50,689 nt of DNA from Octopus bimaculoides (GCF_001194135.2 NC_068983.1:160388087-160438775), one strand, 5' to 3'. Positions 1-12,963 are shown, counted from the stretch's first letter. Translations and numbers: made by a program. Notes: generated by a model not told the origin, from the sequence alone.

Positions 1-382
1 GACTATGGTAAATAAGAGGGGGCTGAGGACGGAACCTTGGTGGACCCCTACCTCTACCCGGAATTCATTGCTGTACTCATTTCCAACCCTCACCTTACTG
101 GCAGCATCTCTGTACATGGCTCGCACAGCTCTCACTAACCATTCTTCTATCCCAAGTTTCCTCATTGACCACCAGATAAGGGATCGGGGGACCCTGTCAA
201 AGGCTTTCTCCATGTCAACGAAAGCTAGGTACAGAGGTTTATCCTTAGCTAGGTATTTCTCCTGCAACTGTCTCACTAGAAATAAGGCATCAGTAGTGCT
301 TTTACCTGGCACGAACCCAAACTGCATCTCATCTAAATTGATTCGCTCCCTAATTAGTTGGGCTATGACCCTCTCTGTTTGT
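1..382 (-). mobile_element. RTE-clade LINE reverse transcriptase fragment (stop-free, runs off window edge)
   Basis: Minus-strand translation TERVIAQLIRERINLDEMQFGFVPGKSTTDALFLVRQLQEKYLAKDKPLYLAFVDMEKAFDRVPRSLIWWSMRKLGIEEWLVRAVRAMYRDAASKVRVGNEYSNEFRVEVGVHQGSVLSPLLFTIV contains the non-LTR RT motifs QFGF, FVDMEKAFD and GVHQGSVLSP. The listed + ORF 5..391 is its antisense. Confidence 0.93.
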
Positions 383-625
383 GCAGTATAAAAAAATTGT
401 CAGCATAAAACTTGAAATTTTGTTAATATAGGATTGAAAAGATTAAGCTAATATATTTGTTCCTTGTATGTAAACTTACTTATTATTTATTTAATAGTTA
501 ACATGATGTTATTTGCTTTCATTCATGACTAAGCTAAACAATATTTAAAGTGTAACATAATAAATTATGGTGCATATTGAAATCTATTTATGAAATTTCA
601 TTTTATTATTTTGATTAATTTTCAG

Positions 626-694
626 GATTCTGATTATGTAACAGAATCAAAAACAAGGAAAGCTAAAACAACTGTGGCCACTGTTTCAAAATGA
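626..694 (+). CDS. Possible short terminal coding exon (unidentified)
   Basis: T-rich acceptor ttttcag| then DSDYVTESKTRKAKTTVATVSK*, with AATAAA near 724. No homology recognised. Confidence 0.15.
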   Translation, partial: DSDYVTESKTRKAKTTVATVSK

Positions 695-1339
695 AATCAC
701 TGTTCTCATGATATTTCATTTAAAATAAAAGTTGTGCAATAAGCTACAGTAATAGCTGCAAAACTGCATTTCAGTTTGGTATTTCAGAAAAACATGTCTG
801 TGAATGGCTGAAAATTTCAAAAGAATTATAAGAAATTCTTTGTACCAAAAACAAACATGGTAGACTGACATGTTCTCTTTTCCTGTAGAGGAACAGCAAC
901 TAAAGAAATGGCTCCTTGGTCTCAGATAAGATAGCCAGCATATAACAAAAGGGGCCATATACCTGAAGGTTAAGAAGTTAATCTGCTGCCCAGAATCGAC
1001 ATGCTGATGAGAGACTAGATTAGGTTAAAGGCTGCTTTTGACATGGATTACTAATTTTCAGCATTAAATAATTAGGCTTTGAGTTATTGATCATTATTTA
1101 GTCCACCAAATCAAAAATATTGCTAAAATAGCCATATTTTTTAACACCTACCCACCCACCCAATAAAAAGACAACAGATATTGTTTGAATGTCACAATTA
1201 CAATAAGGCTTCAGCATCCATATCTGTTACAACAGTTCACAAGTTTCGATATTTTCTACCAACTGTGATTGTAGGTACTTATGGGTCTTATACTTGAATC
1301 AGGTGTGATTCATGGTCATCCATACACATGAGGGTACCT

Positions 1340-1445
1340 TATAGTCAAGAAGTCTGCTTCCCAATGATATGATTTTGACTCCAGCAAATGTTTCCCAGGA
1401 CCAACTAAAGCCTTGTGAATGGATTTAGTTGATGGAAACTGAAAT
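1340..1445 (+). mobile_element. SINE family A, decayed head fragment
   Basis: aagaagtctgcttccc...aaagccttgtgaatggattt...gatggaaactgaaa matches the reverse complement of the copies at 6668-7056 and 13921-14332. Confidence 0.6.
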
Positions 1446-1782
1446 ACATATATATGTATTATACTTCATTCAAATATATATATGTCTGTGTCTATTTGTA
1501 TACAATGTATGAATGTGTGTGTATGTGCCTGTGTGTATGTGGATGTACTTAGGAGTAGTTTGTCTTACCTTCTCTTTACATCATATGATAGTTATAAAAT
1601 GAGTATCAGTCATACAAGTGGTGTCATCCATTTCCAAATTTCCAGTCTTCCATGGAAGCATGTCCATCCATGTGGAAATATCACCCAGGTTGGAAACAGA
1701 GAGGGTATCCAGTTACAGAAAATTTGACTCAACAAATCTCATTTGACCCATGCAAGCATGGAAATGTAGACATTAAAGTGAT

Positions 1783-1816
<34 letters not shown>

Positions 1817-1911
1817 GTCAAATCTAATAAAGGAACATTAAAAATAACAATAACAAACAAGAGGACATGCACGTGGAATGTATTTGTTTGACACTCGGTA
1901 AAAAGAGAGAG

Positions 1912-1948
1912 TTTTTGAAGTTTCGAGCATAGCTCTTCATCAGAAAGG
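1912..1948 (-). ncRNA. Minimal type I hammerhead ribozyme core (PLE type), probably decayed
   Basis: Minus strand reads ccttt-CTGATGA-A-GAGC-tat-GCTC-GAAAC-TTC-aaaa: both core boxes and a 4-bp stem II. Confidence 0.6.
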
Positions 1949-2951
1949 AAAAAGGAAAAAAAAATCACTAACAGCATGTGTGTAGTTACATTGCTGTATA
2001 CACACACACACACACACACACACAGGAGCCTTGAAGTAAAAACATTTTCTTNNNNNNNNNNNNNNNNNNNNNNNNNNNNNNNNNNNNNNNNNNNNNNNNN
2101 NNNNNNNNNNNNNNNNNNNNNNNNNNNNNNNNNNNNNNNNNNNNNNNNNNNNNNNNNNNNNNNNNNNNNNNNNNNNNNNNNNNNNNNNNNNNNNNNNNNN
2201 NNNNNNNNNNNNNNNNNNNNNNNNNNNNNNNNNNNNNNNNNNNNNNNNNNNNNNNNNNNNNNNNNNNNNNNNNNNNNNNNNNNNNNNNNNNNNNNNNNNN
2301 NNNNNNNNNNNNNNNNNNNNNNNNNNNNNNNNNNNNNNNNNNNNNNNNNNNNNNNNNNNNNNNNNNNNNNNNNNNNNNNNNNNNNNNNNNNNNNNNNNNN
2401 NNNNNNNNNNNNNNNNNNNNNNNNNNNNNNNNNNNNNNNNNNNNNNNNNNNNNNNNNNNNNNNNNNNNNNNNNNNNNNNNNNNNNNNNNNNNNNNNNNNN
2501 NNNNNNNNNNNNNNNNNNNNNNNNNNNNNNNNNNNNNNNNNNNNNNNNNNNNNNNNNNNNNNNNNNNNNNNNNNNNNNNNNNNNNNNNNNNNNNNNNNNN
2601 NNNNNNNNNNNNNNNNNNNNNNNNNNNNNNNNNNNNNNNNNNNNNNNNNNNNNNNNNNNNNNNNNNNNNNNNNNNNNNNNNNNNNNNNNNNNNNNNNNNN
2701 NNNNNNNNNNNNNNNNNNNNNNNNNNNNNNNNNNNNNNNNNNNNNNNNNNNNNNNNNNNNNNNNNNNNNNNNNNNNNNNNNNNNNNNNNNNNNNNNNNNN
2801 NNNNNNNNNNNNNNNNNNNNNNNNNNNNNNNNNNNNNNNNNNNNNNNNNNNNNNNNNNNNNNNNNNNNNNNNNNNNNNNNNNNNNNNNNNNNNNNNNNNN
2901 NNNNNNNNNNNNNNNNNNNNNNNNNNNNNNNNNNNNNNNNNNNNNNNNNNN

Positions 2952-2990
<39 letters not shown>

Positions 2991-3085
2991 GTCAAATCTA
3001 ATAAAGGAACATTAAAAATAACAATAACAAACAAGAGGACATGCACGTGGAATGTATTTGTTTGACACTCGGTAAAAAGAGAGAG

Positions 3086-3122
3086 TTTTTGAAGTTTCGA
3101 GCATAGCTCTTCATCAGAAAGG
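3086..3122 (-). ncRNA. Second, identical copy of the hammerhead core
   Basis: Lies in 2991-3225, which is identical to 1817-2051 across an N gap (possibly an assembly duplicate). Confidence 0.5.
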
Positions 3123-5920
3123 AAAAAGGAAAAAAAAATCACTAACAGCATGTGTGTAGTTACATTGCTGTATACACACACACACACACACACACACAGG
3201 AGCCTTGAAGTAAAAACATTTTCTTACGCATTTATCTACCTATCGACTTTCTCTCTATGCTGTTTTTCTTTTTGTTTTGTTATTTCTTTTTGGCAAAATA
3301 TATTGATCTAAAGTCATTGCTCTATTCATTGTATAATATTTTATTTAAGAAATGTCCAAACAGTATCAATCCATTCATTATTGAGCAAAATATTTCTAAA
3401 TTGAACAATGACTTAGATTTGAAAAAAAATCATTTGTTATTAACCAAGTTAGGAACCATTTGGGAAAACACTAACGTTATAGAACTTTTAAACATTCACT
3501 AATGCTTTTAATGACAAAAACAAAATTGAATCATTCAAGTTAAATTTTGTTTTGTCATTCACAGTCATTCCTCAAGGCTCCAGGGACTTAAACCTTGAAT
3601 CAAACAAAATTATCCATTCGTTTTCAGAAATATTTTAATAATTTTAATCTATTACTTCCAATTGTTGAAGTTATATGTGGTTCTGTTGGTTTTTGTTAGT
3701 AAAATACGATAAGTTATTCAGTTCATTTTTTTGCTTAACTCAACCAAAATTCTATTACAGAAGATTGAAAGTAAGAAGCTAGTAATGTCTTTACTAAGTT
3801 TCTGATTCAATATTACATATATAAGTTCAAAGTTCATTTCTTACAATGCAATTTAACAAGGTTATACTTCAATGCAAGAAAAGTTGAAATTTTTCTTAAA
3901 GGGTTTCAAAACAATGTTAATATATTAACGTTTTCTTAGATTTACTTTTAGACTATTGTTTTTATCACTGCTGTTATTTGAAATACCACAAATCTTCCTT
4001 TTCTGTCTTTCTTTGACTTAATATCCTCTTTCCATCTTATTTACTATTTTCAAGTTTTTTTTGTTCTATTTTATTTTATTTATTTATTTACTTTTTGTGC
4101 TATGCTATTCAAAGTGTAAAGTCTCTTCAAATGTTTTAGAATATTTCCATAAGGTATAAATGATATCAATAAATATTTCTGAAGAAAATTAATACAAAAT
4201 ATGTTTTCCCAGTAATTGATTTATAATAATTTTGTCATCAGCTTATTTATTGCTTTTATTACAACAATTTTGCTGCTTATCTTAAAATTAACACCAAGTT
4301 TGAAGAATTGATATCAGTATATGAGTATTTGCAATTTTCTCTGCCCCTACCCTTGCCCCATAAAAAAATTCATGTTTCTTTCAAAATTATTAATTTCTAT
4401 TTGATAATTTTCTGATATTTTTATACAGTATTTTATAGTTTAGTGCACAGTTACTACATTAATAGTACATTTTCTTGAGCTGTCTAAATGTGTAACCATC
4501 TTAGAGTTGATCTATGTTCAGTCTGAACACTTTGGAAACTTATTTCAATTCTACATGTGAACAGTAGGGAGTGTAAAAAATTTCTAGAAAGATTTAATCT
4601 CAAGTAGTCAAAGAAAGTAAAACAATGGTGTTTTGAATCTTTCAAAGTTAGGAGAGGAACCTTTTAAAACTCTTTGAATAACCAATAGTTCAATGTTATT
4701 CTTGGCAATCACAACCAAAACACAATATATTTAAGTCTATTGTTTAAGATATATAACAATATTTTGTATATTTTTGTTTTTTCATTATGTCTACATATAA
4801 TTTTGCTCATGAATGCATTTATCACTTTAAAGTTGTTGCTATTAATTTTACAACTTCGTCAATAACAAAACACTGGTACAATTTGAACTTGAAAGCATAT
4901 GATCTTGAGTCTCATATTCTGCTATTAAACGACCACTCTATTATTCTAAACAATAAGAAATGAACAATGTAACTTTGACGAAAAAAAAAAAAGAAAATAG
5001 AAAATAGAGAACAGAATTTGTTATTCCATTGCTGGAAATATAATTGTATTGAGATCATGCATATAGATTTTTTGGCATTCAATAATCAATGAAAGAGAGA
5101 AAATAGGAAAAGTTTACTTTAATTCAAATTAATTATACAAATGGATAATAAATTGTATCAGAGAATGAAGCTAAGAAAAAGTTTGAAACAGTTGAGAACA
5201 ATAAAATCAATAAGATAAAGTGTCCACAACAATAGGTGAATGGTATCAGATATAATTCAGAGAGGAAAAAGAACTCAAGATCAGTACATGTCATCAGTTG
5301 CTTTGGCCTTACACACAGGCTGGCTTTTACACATCACTCTTTAGAATTAAGATGTCAGCCATAGATGTTGAGTTATCTGGTAAATATAACCTATTTGCTT
5401 TGGTTATCATCTTACGAAGTGACCATAGTATTTATTGAATTGCATTATAAATGGTGATATTGTGCAGTTGACTAATTTTAGAACTGACAAATATCAGTAG
5501 GGGTTTTGTGTCAAAAGAGCAACATAACCTTCATCTAACCTTATACAGAAGTCTTTTATCACAAAAATAAAACTTAGCAATCATTATGGAAGTTAGTGGT
5601 TAACTGGGACTTTTTTTTGAATATTAATTACTTTTGGCCTGTTGTTGTTGCTATTGTTGTTATTGATTTACCTACAGTCTATTGTACTGATAGAATCTTA
5701 GCTATTCTTCTGATTTACTAAGTTGTTAGTTCATTTTTTTTTTCTTGCTTTCTAATAGTTCAATGTATCTCTTCCTCTTATGAATTAAAATGTCAGCAAT
5801 GGTTTGGATAGCTTGACCTTTCTGATCTTTCCCAAATGGTCCTCATACTTATGTGAAGGTACATGAAACACACTTATATGCACATCCTTCACTCTCTTGT
5901 ATTTAGATATTAACACAAAG

Positions 5921-6099
5921 CTAAAAGAAGAATCCTGAATTTACTGTTTGCCATGCATTTTTCAATGGAATCTTTGTTGAGATAGATTTAGCAAAATTTT
6001 TGGCAGTTGCATTTCGTTGAAGCAATTCTGTTTTACATCTAGATATCTTTCCCATGGCTAAGTATTTAATGCTAAATCTAGCTAGAATCTCTTCATAAG
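5921..6099 (-). CDS. Candidate coding exon (unidentified)
   Basis: ag| then open frame AYEEILARFSIKYLAMGKISRCKTELLQRNATAKNFAKSISTKIPLKNAWQTVNSGFFF*. Acceptor is weak and no homology was recognised. Confidence 0.15.
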
Positions 6100-6667
6100 C
6101 TAGACAACCTCAGGTAAACAAAGATATTTATCATTTTAGATACAATGCACAAGGTTTACAACTGTACGGTTTGAACATATGATTGCACAGCTTCAGTAGT
6201 TACCATTTTAATCTCAGATAAATATACTGCAATGATAAACAAACACAAGATTGTGTTATATTTTGGGATGGTTATCCCCACCCCGCCACAAATAAACGCA
6301 TACACTATATATTCATTCTTCACTTCAGATTTATTATTGTTCTTATTTTATGTCCTTTGTCTGAAAATCTTTTGTCACACATCCTGTGACCTCTTCACCA
6401 ACTCTCCATCTCACATGTCTCCTCTTCCATTTAGTCCACTCTTTAGATCGTTTTCTCTTTATCACAAAATTAAGAAACCTGATCCTTTCTTTAACCATTA
6501 AAAATGACTACATCTTCCTAAATTCTTAAACAGTTATTCAGAAATCTAGATTATAGCATATGTCCATATTACTTCTATTGATAATATGGTGATACTAAAT
6601 GTTATGGTGAAATAAAGAGTAAATACTGTCTGTAAAGCAATTTTGTATATATGTATATGTATATGTA

Positions 6668-7056
6668 TACTTGTTTCAGTCATTTGACTGCGGCCATACT
6701 GGTGCACCACCTTTAGTTAAGCAAATCAACCCCAGAGCTTAATCTTTGTAAACCTAGTACTTATTCTATCGGTCTCTTTTGCCAAACCACAAAGTTACGG
6801 AGGCGTAAATACAACAGCATCGGTTGTCAAGTGATGTTGGGGAGACAAACACAGACACACAAATATAAACACACATAGACATATATATGCATATATGACA
6901 GGCTTCTTTCAGTTTCCATCTACCAAATCCACTCACAAGGCTTTGGTCGGCCTGAGGCTATAGAAGAAGACACTTGCCCAAGGTGCCACACAGTGGGACT
7001 GAACCCAGGACCATGCAGTTGGTAAGCAAGCTACTTACCACACAGCCACTCCTACA
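6668..7056 (-). mobile_element. tRNA-derived SINE family A, full length
   Basis: Minus-strand head ggagtggctgtgtggtaagtag...GGTTCAGTCCC (A/B-box-like), ccttgggcaagtgtc, internal CA/TA tract, 3' end gcagtcaaatgactgaaacaag. Many copies in the window. Confidence 0.88.
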
Positions 7057-7168
7057 TATGTAATTTTATTAGATTTTATTATTTCTTGACAAAATCTTCA
7101 AAATAGAAAAGATGAATAGGTTGATTCTGACATTCTACTGAATAAGGTAGAACTATATATATATTTGT

Positions 7169-7425
7169 GGAGGCACATGGCCTAGTGGTTAGAGCAGTGG
7201 ACTCACAGTTGGGGGATTGTAAGCTCCATGCAGCTCTAGTTGAAAGCAATAGTGAGCTTCTGCTAACTCTTTCACCATAACTTTCTCTCACTTTTTCCTC
7301 CTGCATCTAGCAGCTCACTTGTGACAGACCAGCATCCCATCCAGTTGGGGAACCTATATGCCAATGAAACTAGGAAACCGGCCCTTATGAGCCAGATATG
7401 GTTCGAGAAGGAACAAACGACAAAG
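7169..7425 (+). mobile_element. tRNA-derived SINE family C (internally deleted)
   Basis: Head ggaggcacaTGGCCTAGTGGttagagc (A box at 7178-7188); 3' module gaaactaggaaaccggcccttatgagcc. Confidence 0.75.
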
Positions 7426-7734
7426 GAATAAGTCATGTTTTCTGTTAGCAGATCCAACTGAATTCATGCAAAAACAATATCACCCTAGAATATTCAATGA
7501 TATTAGTTTCTCTCTGTATGAAACATTCAATTACCATTTATGTACAATAATAATTCTTATCATGTGATAATTCCTCAAACCAAGCATGTAGTAAAAGAGC
7601 ATTAGAATATATAATGATGAGACAGTGGTATAATCTGTATTGTTTTATTACTGTTAATAAAACCTGAACAAGATGACAGAACTTGTCCTCAACATAAAAT
7701 GCAGGCTTTAAACCATTTTCTTTCAAGATGTGGT

Positions 7735-7890
7735 CATGGCCGTGTGTTTAAGAAGTTTGCTTCCCAATTACATGATTTCAGCTTCAGTTGCAGTGCATGG
7801 CCCCTTGGGCAAATATCTTGTATTATAGTCCCAAGTTAATCAAAACTTTGTAAATAGATTTTGGTTGACAGAAACTGAAAGAAGCCCAGT
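7735..7890 (+). mobile_element. SINE family A, decayed 5' half
   Basis: catggccgtgtgtttaagaagtttgcttccc...ccttgggcaaatatctt...gacagaaactgaaagaagccc. Confidence 0.7.
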
Positions 7891-8179
7891 ACATATATAT
7901 ATACATACATATATATAAATATATGGTGGTTATCTACTCCTTATGCAGTTTGACCAACTCCTGTACCTACACCTTAGAACCATCATGGCATCTGATTTGG
8001 CTTTTTAAACAAGACAATGTTTTGAAAAGACACTACCATAGATTGCATATTCGATTTGGACCACTAAGTGCTGCAGTTAAATTCTGATCTTTGTAGATCT
8101 TAAAATGTCTTTTGAGGCCTCTGTTAGATTAGCAGACCTTCTGGCATACATCTGTACATACATACATATATATAATGGA

Positions 8180-8472
8180 CTCTGCTGTCATTAGACAACA
8201 TATGCAGGTTCAAAAATTTCTTATCGAACAATCACACAGATGATTTGTCTATAGTGATCAAATGTTTGTGTACACATAAGCTCACTCCCTCCATCAAATC
8301 GACATTACCTGTAGAGGTGCAACTGGGTGCCACATGTCAAATGTTGAAATGACCGTAGAAGAACGTGAAATGAAGTGCTTTGATCAAGAACACAACGCAA
8401 TGTCCAGTCTGGGAATGAGACACTTGATCTTGTAGTCATGAGTGCAACACTCTAACCACTAAGCCATGTGCC

Positions 8473-8475
<3 letters not shown>
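8180..8475 (-). mobile_element. tRNA-derived SINE family D
   Basis: Minus head gaaggcacaTGGCTTAGTGGttagagtgttgcactcatga...gcgttgtgttcttgatcaaagcacttcatttcacg. Related copies at 22030-22170 (+), 45350-45560 (-) and 45680-45900 (-). Confidence 0.75.
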
Positions 8476-8514
<39 letters not shown>

Positions 8515-8539
8515 AACATTCATATATAAGTAAATGTGA

Positions 8540-8586
<47 letters not shown>

Positions 8587-8622
8587 TATGTGTGTGTGTG
8601 TGCATGTGTGTGTGTGTGTGTG
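8476..8622. repeat. (CA)n/(TA)n/(TG)n compound microsatellite
   Basis: Directly visible. Confidence 0.95.
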
Positions 8623-9489
8623 AGTGTTCTTTCGTTTTGCAAAGTAGCTGTAAACGATCATCACTGTCTTACAAGTACTGTCCTTTATTTCCAGTCTTCC
8701 ACCAAAAACATTTTAGCTTGCTTGGAAACAGGTGGAATTGGTAACAAGAAGGGCATCTGTTTCTAGAAAATTTACATCAATGAATCAATCTGACCAATAT
8801 GATGATAATGAGGATGTTGATGATGATGACAACAATGATGATGAGGAGAAGGAAGAAGAGGAAGAAGAATATTAAGTGAAGGATGTAATATAATTCTGTG
8901 AAATTGATAATTTATTTTCTGCAAGATAAATGGACTATGGAAATGTTTTAATAAAACCGCCAACGAAATTCATATTTGATAATAAATAAGGAGTAAATTA
9001 TCACTTGTAAAATAAATGTAGAGGAGCTGCTTTGGTGCTTTTCAGCTTTCTGAAGATTTTCATTCATCATTATTTCTGTTCATTTTTTTAAAACTAAAAA
9101 TGAAAACTAGATTATCATGCCAGCATTTTTTCTACCCTTCCTATTTATTGGAAGGCTTTCACTTCAGCCATTTGACCTTGTCGGCAATATTTTATCACTT
9201 TTGTCATATTAAGGAGGACTAGCTCTAAAGATGTGTTTGTACCACATTCCGGCTAGAAACTTTATTTTTAATAAGGCTTAAAAGAGTAAAATAATATTAG
9301 GTCTTCATGCTTCTGCAAATATGATGGAAAAAATTTGAGTGGGAGATACTAACAATCTCAACAAGATGTATGTTCACTAATACCAGTAAACAAATTTTGC
9401 TAGGCCCACATTTTGAAAATCCTTATCTTATTTTATTGCAAAAGATGCTTAATCCAGATAGGATTTAAGGAAATGCTTATTTTTTTTTT

Positions 9490-9597
9490 TTAACCCTGGT
9501 ATTTTTTCTATTGGTTTCTTTTGTCAAACCACTAAGAAGTGAGAGGAACATAAACACACCAGTTGTCAAGCAGTGGTGGAGTAAGACACACACACAC

Positions 9598-9643
<46 letters not shown>

Positions 9644-9750
9644 AACTTTCAGTTTCCATCAACCTATTCCACTCACAAGGCTTTGGTCAGCCTGTGGCTA
9701 TAGTAGAAGCACACAGTGGGACTGAACTGAGATCCATGAGGTTGTATGAC
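9490..9750 (-). mobile_element. SINE family A, partial
   Basis: aaacacaccagttgtcaagc...(CA)(TA)n...ctttcagtttcc...actcacaaggctttggtc...cagtgggactgaac. Confidence 0.8.
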
Positions 9751-10267
9751 CTGCTAGAAATATCAGTGAAATTTCCTTCAGATTTTAGATAAGGACGGAC
9801 TAATTCTACAATGTAGTCCTAGATACACTATATCTGAACAGAAATTTGGATGGTCATGAGTTAAATATATTTGATCAAATATTCATCTAAGCCATGCACT
9901 AACACTTATATAATACATTAGAATATGAGAAAAGTAATGACTTTCTGTGAGAAGAAACTATTACAAATATTTCAGAGTGTAGATTCCATTTTATGCCATG
10001 GGGAAGAAAAAGAAAATTATTCTACTGTTTCATTACTGAGGTTTTTATGATCAAAGAATATTTGTAAACTCGTTATTGATACTTTTAAATTTAGGAAGTG
10101 GGATATTTGGGGATATCTGGTATTTATGCCTTTCCCAAAGTTATCAGCTCAGTAATGTATCTATGAATGACTTTACTGAGAGTTTACCACCCACACTATG
10201 ACACCTACCACACACTTACAAACTGCTTATGTATTCAGAGTAGAACACTCACTCTGCATGTATGTAC

Positions 10268-10304
<37 letters not shown>

Positions 10305-10510
10305 TAGGGGCATGCACTGTAACAGCATATCACTGCATCTGCCACTTCTTGATGATTCCTTACAACTCCTGGCAAATGATGGCTTTGCTCCTCTCAAGCA
10401 GCAACACTCCAACCTATGCATGTTTGGATAATCATTGCTTGTGAGGGTTTAACAAGGTCAGAGTGCAAATCCTACTTCAATCTCAATTAGTCACATTCTA
10501 TGACATGCAG

Positions 10511-10602
10511 TGGAAACACTGGGTCTATTCTTTGACATGCTGGTCCACACAAAGCATATGTACCTATTAAAACGTATCCAAAAAGAAGACAACTACCACC
10601 AG
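10511..10602 (+). CDS. Candidate internal coding exon (unidentified)
   Basis: tgcag| 92 nt, single open frame xETLGLFFDMLVHTKHMYLLKRIQKEDNYHQ, strong donor CAG|gtaagg. Confidence 0.25.
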
Positions 10603-11134
10603 GTAAGGCTTCATGAACAAATCCTCTGAGCATTACCTTCTGGCTATATGATTCTGTATCCTGTGGCTGTCAACTCTATCATAACTACAACGTTTTGCTT
10701 CTTTCAGATTGTTAAATCTATATTTCATTCATCTTAAACTCATTCAATACATTTACTTATTTCTTCTGACCCTTATTCTAAAAACAACCCTCTGAATTAT
10801 AGGTCTCTGGGCAAAGAAATGTATTAGGGACCTACATAAACTTTAGCATACCTAGATTAAGCATTAGGTCCCTAATCTCATAGTGCTCCTGGATGGCCAA
10901 CTGTCCTATATGTCCATGCTTTTCGATGCTAATACCTGTAGCAACTACATGTTCACTAAAATATTCTTACACACAATGACAATTCTATCAAGCTCTCTTT
11001 TTATAAATGCTTTCATGCAAGCATTAGCCTGGAATATTATGTTATGAATACTATTTGTATTAATCTCTTCCAATTAGACTTTAAGATCCAAAGGTCATTA
11101 GAAAGCTATGGCACCTCACTGAAGCAATTAAATG

Positions 11135-11348
<214 letters not shown>

Positions 11349-12059
11349 CTCCAGCATGACCACAGCCACTTGGCTGAAACCCATAAATAAATAAGTAAAT
11401 AAATATATATATATATCCAGTACTCGAACTATACCAGTATGGCACTCAGTTGTATGCTTACTGTTAGATGTTTATAATTTACCACTCTTTTTGTAGGTTT
11501 CTTTTATCATGTCTGACAGGATCTAACCACGACCACTACCAACAGCAACAACAACACCACCAACGAAAAATTAAAAAAACTACAGTGACAACAAGACATA
11601 TGAAAGCATAAATCAACACTGACAGAATTTCAACTCATAATCATAAAATTATCAAATCGGATGCCCTATCCCTCAGCTCAATTACTTACTAAAAATGAAG
11701 TATTTTTATCTAAAATAATCTATTCAAAATGTTACTATTAATTCTTTTATCCTATTTACTAACCTCATGCCATGAAAGATGTCAAAACAATGAAATATAT
11801 AAAAGTATTACATTTACACTGAATTTCTTTGCGCAAACCAATTCTTAAAAGAAAAAAAAAAATACATGGAAAACATTTTAAAATGTATGTTTTTTTTTAA
11901 ATTTTTTTCTGAGTTTTACTTAAACTATTAATTCCTTTTTAAGATTGGAAACAATTTTTTATAGCAATCATAAATTTTCTTTTACCTTTCTTATAAAATC
12001 TCCCATGAAAGTCATGTTATATTTATCAATGCATTATTTTTATTTACCAGTAGATACAA

Positions 12060-12230
12060 TGTATGTATGTATGTATGTATGTATGTATGTATGTATGTGT
12101 GTATGTATGTATGTATGTATGTACGTATCTATGTATGTATGTATGTATGTATATATGTATGTATGTATATTGAGAGAGAGACAGATACACACACACATGC
12201 ACACATATATNNNNNNNNNNTATATATATA

Positions 12231-12279
<49 letters not shown>

Positions 12280-12401
12280 GTATACAAATACACACACACA
12301 CACAATTGTATTTTCATATTTTCATATTATGTGTAAATGTATAAGGTGGATGTGTATGTGTGTATACGTTTGTAAATAATATATATATATACACACATAT
12401 A

Positions 12402-12456
<55 letters not shown>

Positions 12457-12694
12457 ACAATACATACATGTAAACACACACACGTGTGCATGCACATACA
12501 TACATACATACATACATACATTCTGTTTACATTATTTTTTCTGTGTCTACAAACACCTAAATGTACAATCATACTGGTAACATATACTCATTCATTTTAA
12601 TAAATCTTTAGCATTACATCTCTTTTTGCATACATACATACATATATATACATATATATATATGTATATGTATATGTATGTATACACATATATA

Positions 12695-12726
<32 letters not shown>

Positions 12727-12790
12727 CATACATATATATGTATATGTATGCATGTGTATACACACATACATACATACGCGTACATACAGA
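12060..12790. repeat. Cluster of (TGTA)n, (TA)n, (TG)n and (TACA)n microsatellites
   Basis: Directly visible. Explains the many MYVC/IYIY ORFs. Confidence 0.95.
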
Positions 12791-12868
12791 CAACCAAAAT
12801 AAAAAGGAAAGAAATTCTGTTCTCGTACATAGTCCCAGTTTTCTTTCTTTTTCAAAGCATCCACTTAC

Positions 12869-12963
12869 TGTCCATGTGATTGATGTTATACTATACAGCA
12901 TGGTGGCTGCATATGCATTGAAACAACCCATCCTCATATATAAAGTGCTTTCACTTACTAACT
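12869..12963 (-). CDS. Candidate internal coding exon (unidentified)
   Basis: Pyrimidine-rich upstream region, tttcaag| 95 nt [32 protein letters not shown] |gtaagt (consensus donor). Confidence 0.3.

Noticed and set aside
716-1020. Possible minus-strand two-exon piece (strong acceptor cctctacag, ~80-nt intron)
   Set aside because: The upstream exon has a stop in the frame matching the listed ORF, the alternative frame stops early, and no homology was recognised.
1817-3225. Identical 235-bp direct repeat (1817-2051 and 2991-3225)
   Set aside because: The copies sit on either side of an N gap and match down to (CA)n length, so this is most likely a contig-overlap artefact. A true PLE tandem cannot be excluded without long reads.
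3257-3502. ORF with SINPFIIEQNI, faintly like I/Nimb ORF1
   Set aside because: Similarity is too short and the downstream frames are broken.
7169-7250. tRNA gene
   Set aside because: Only an A-box-bearing SINE head; no complete cloverleaf or terminator.
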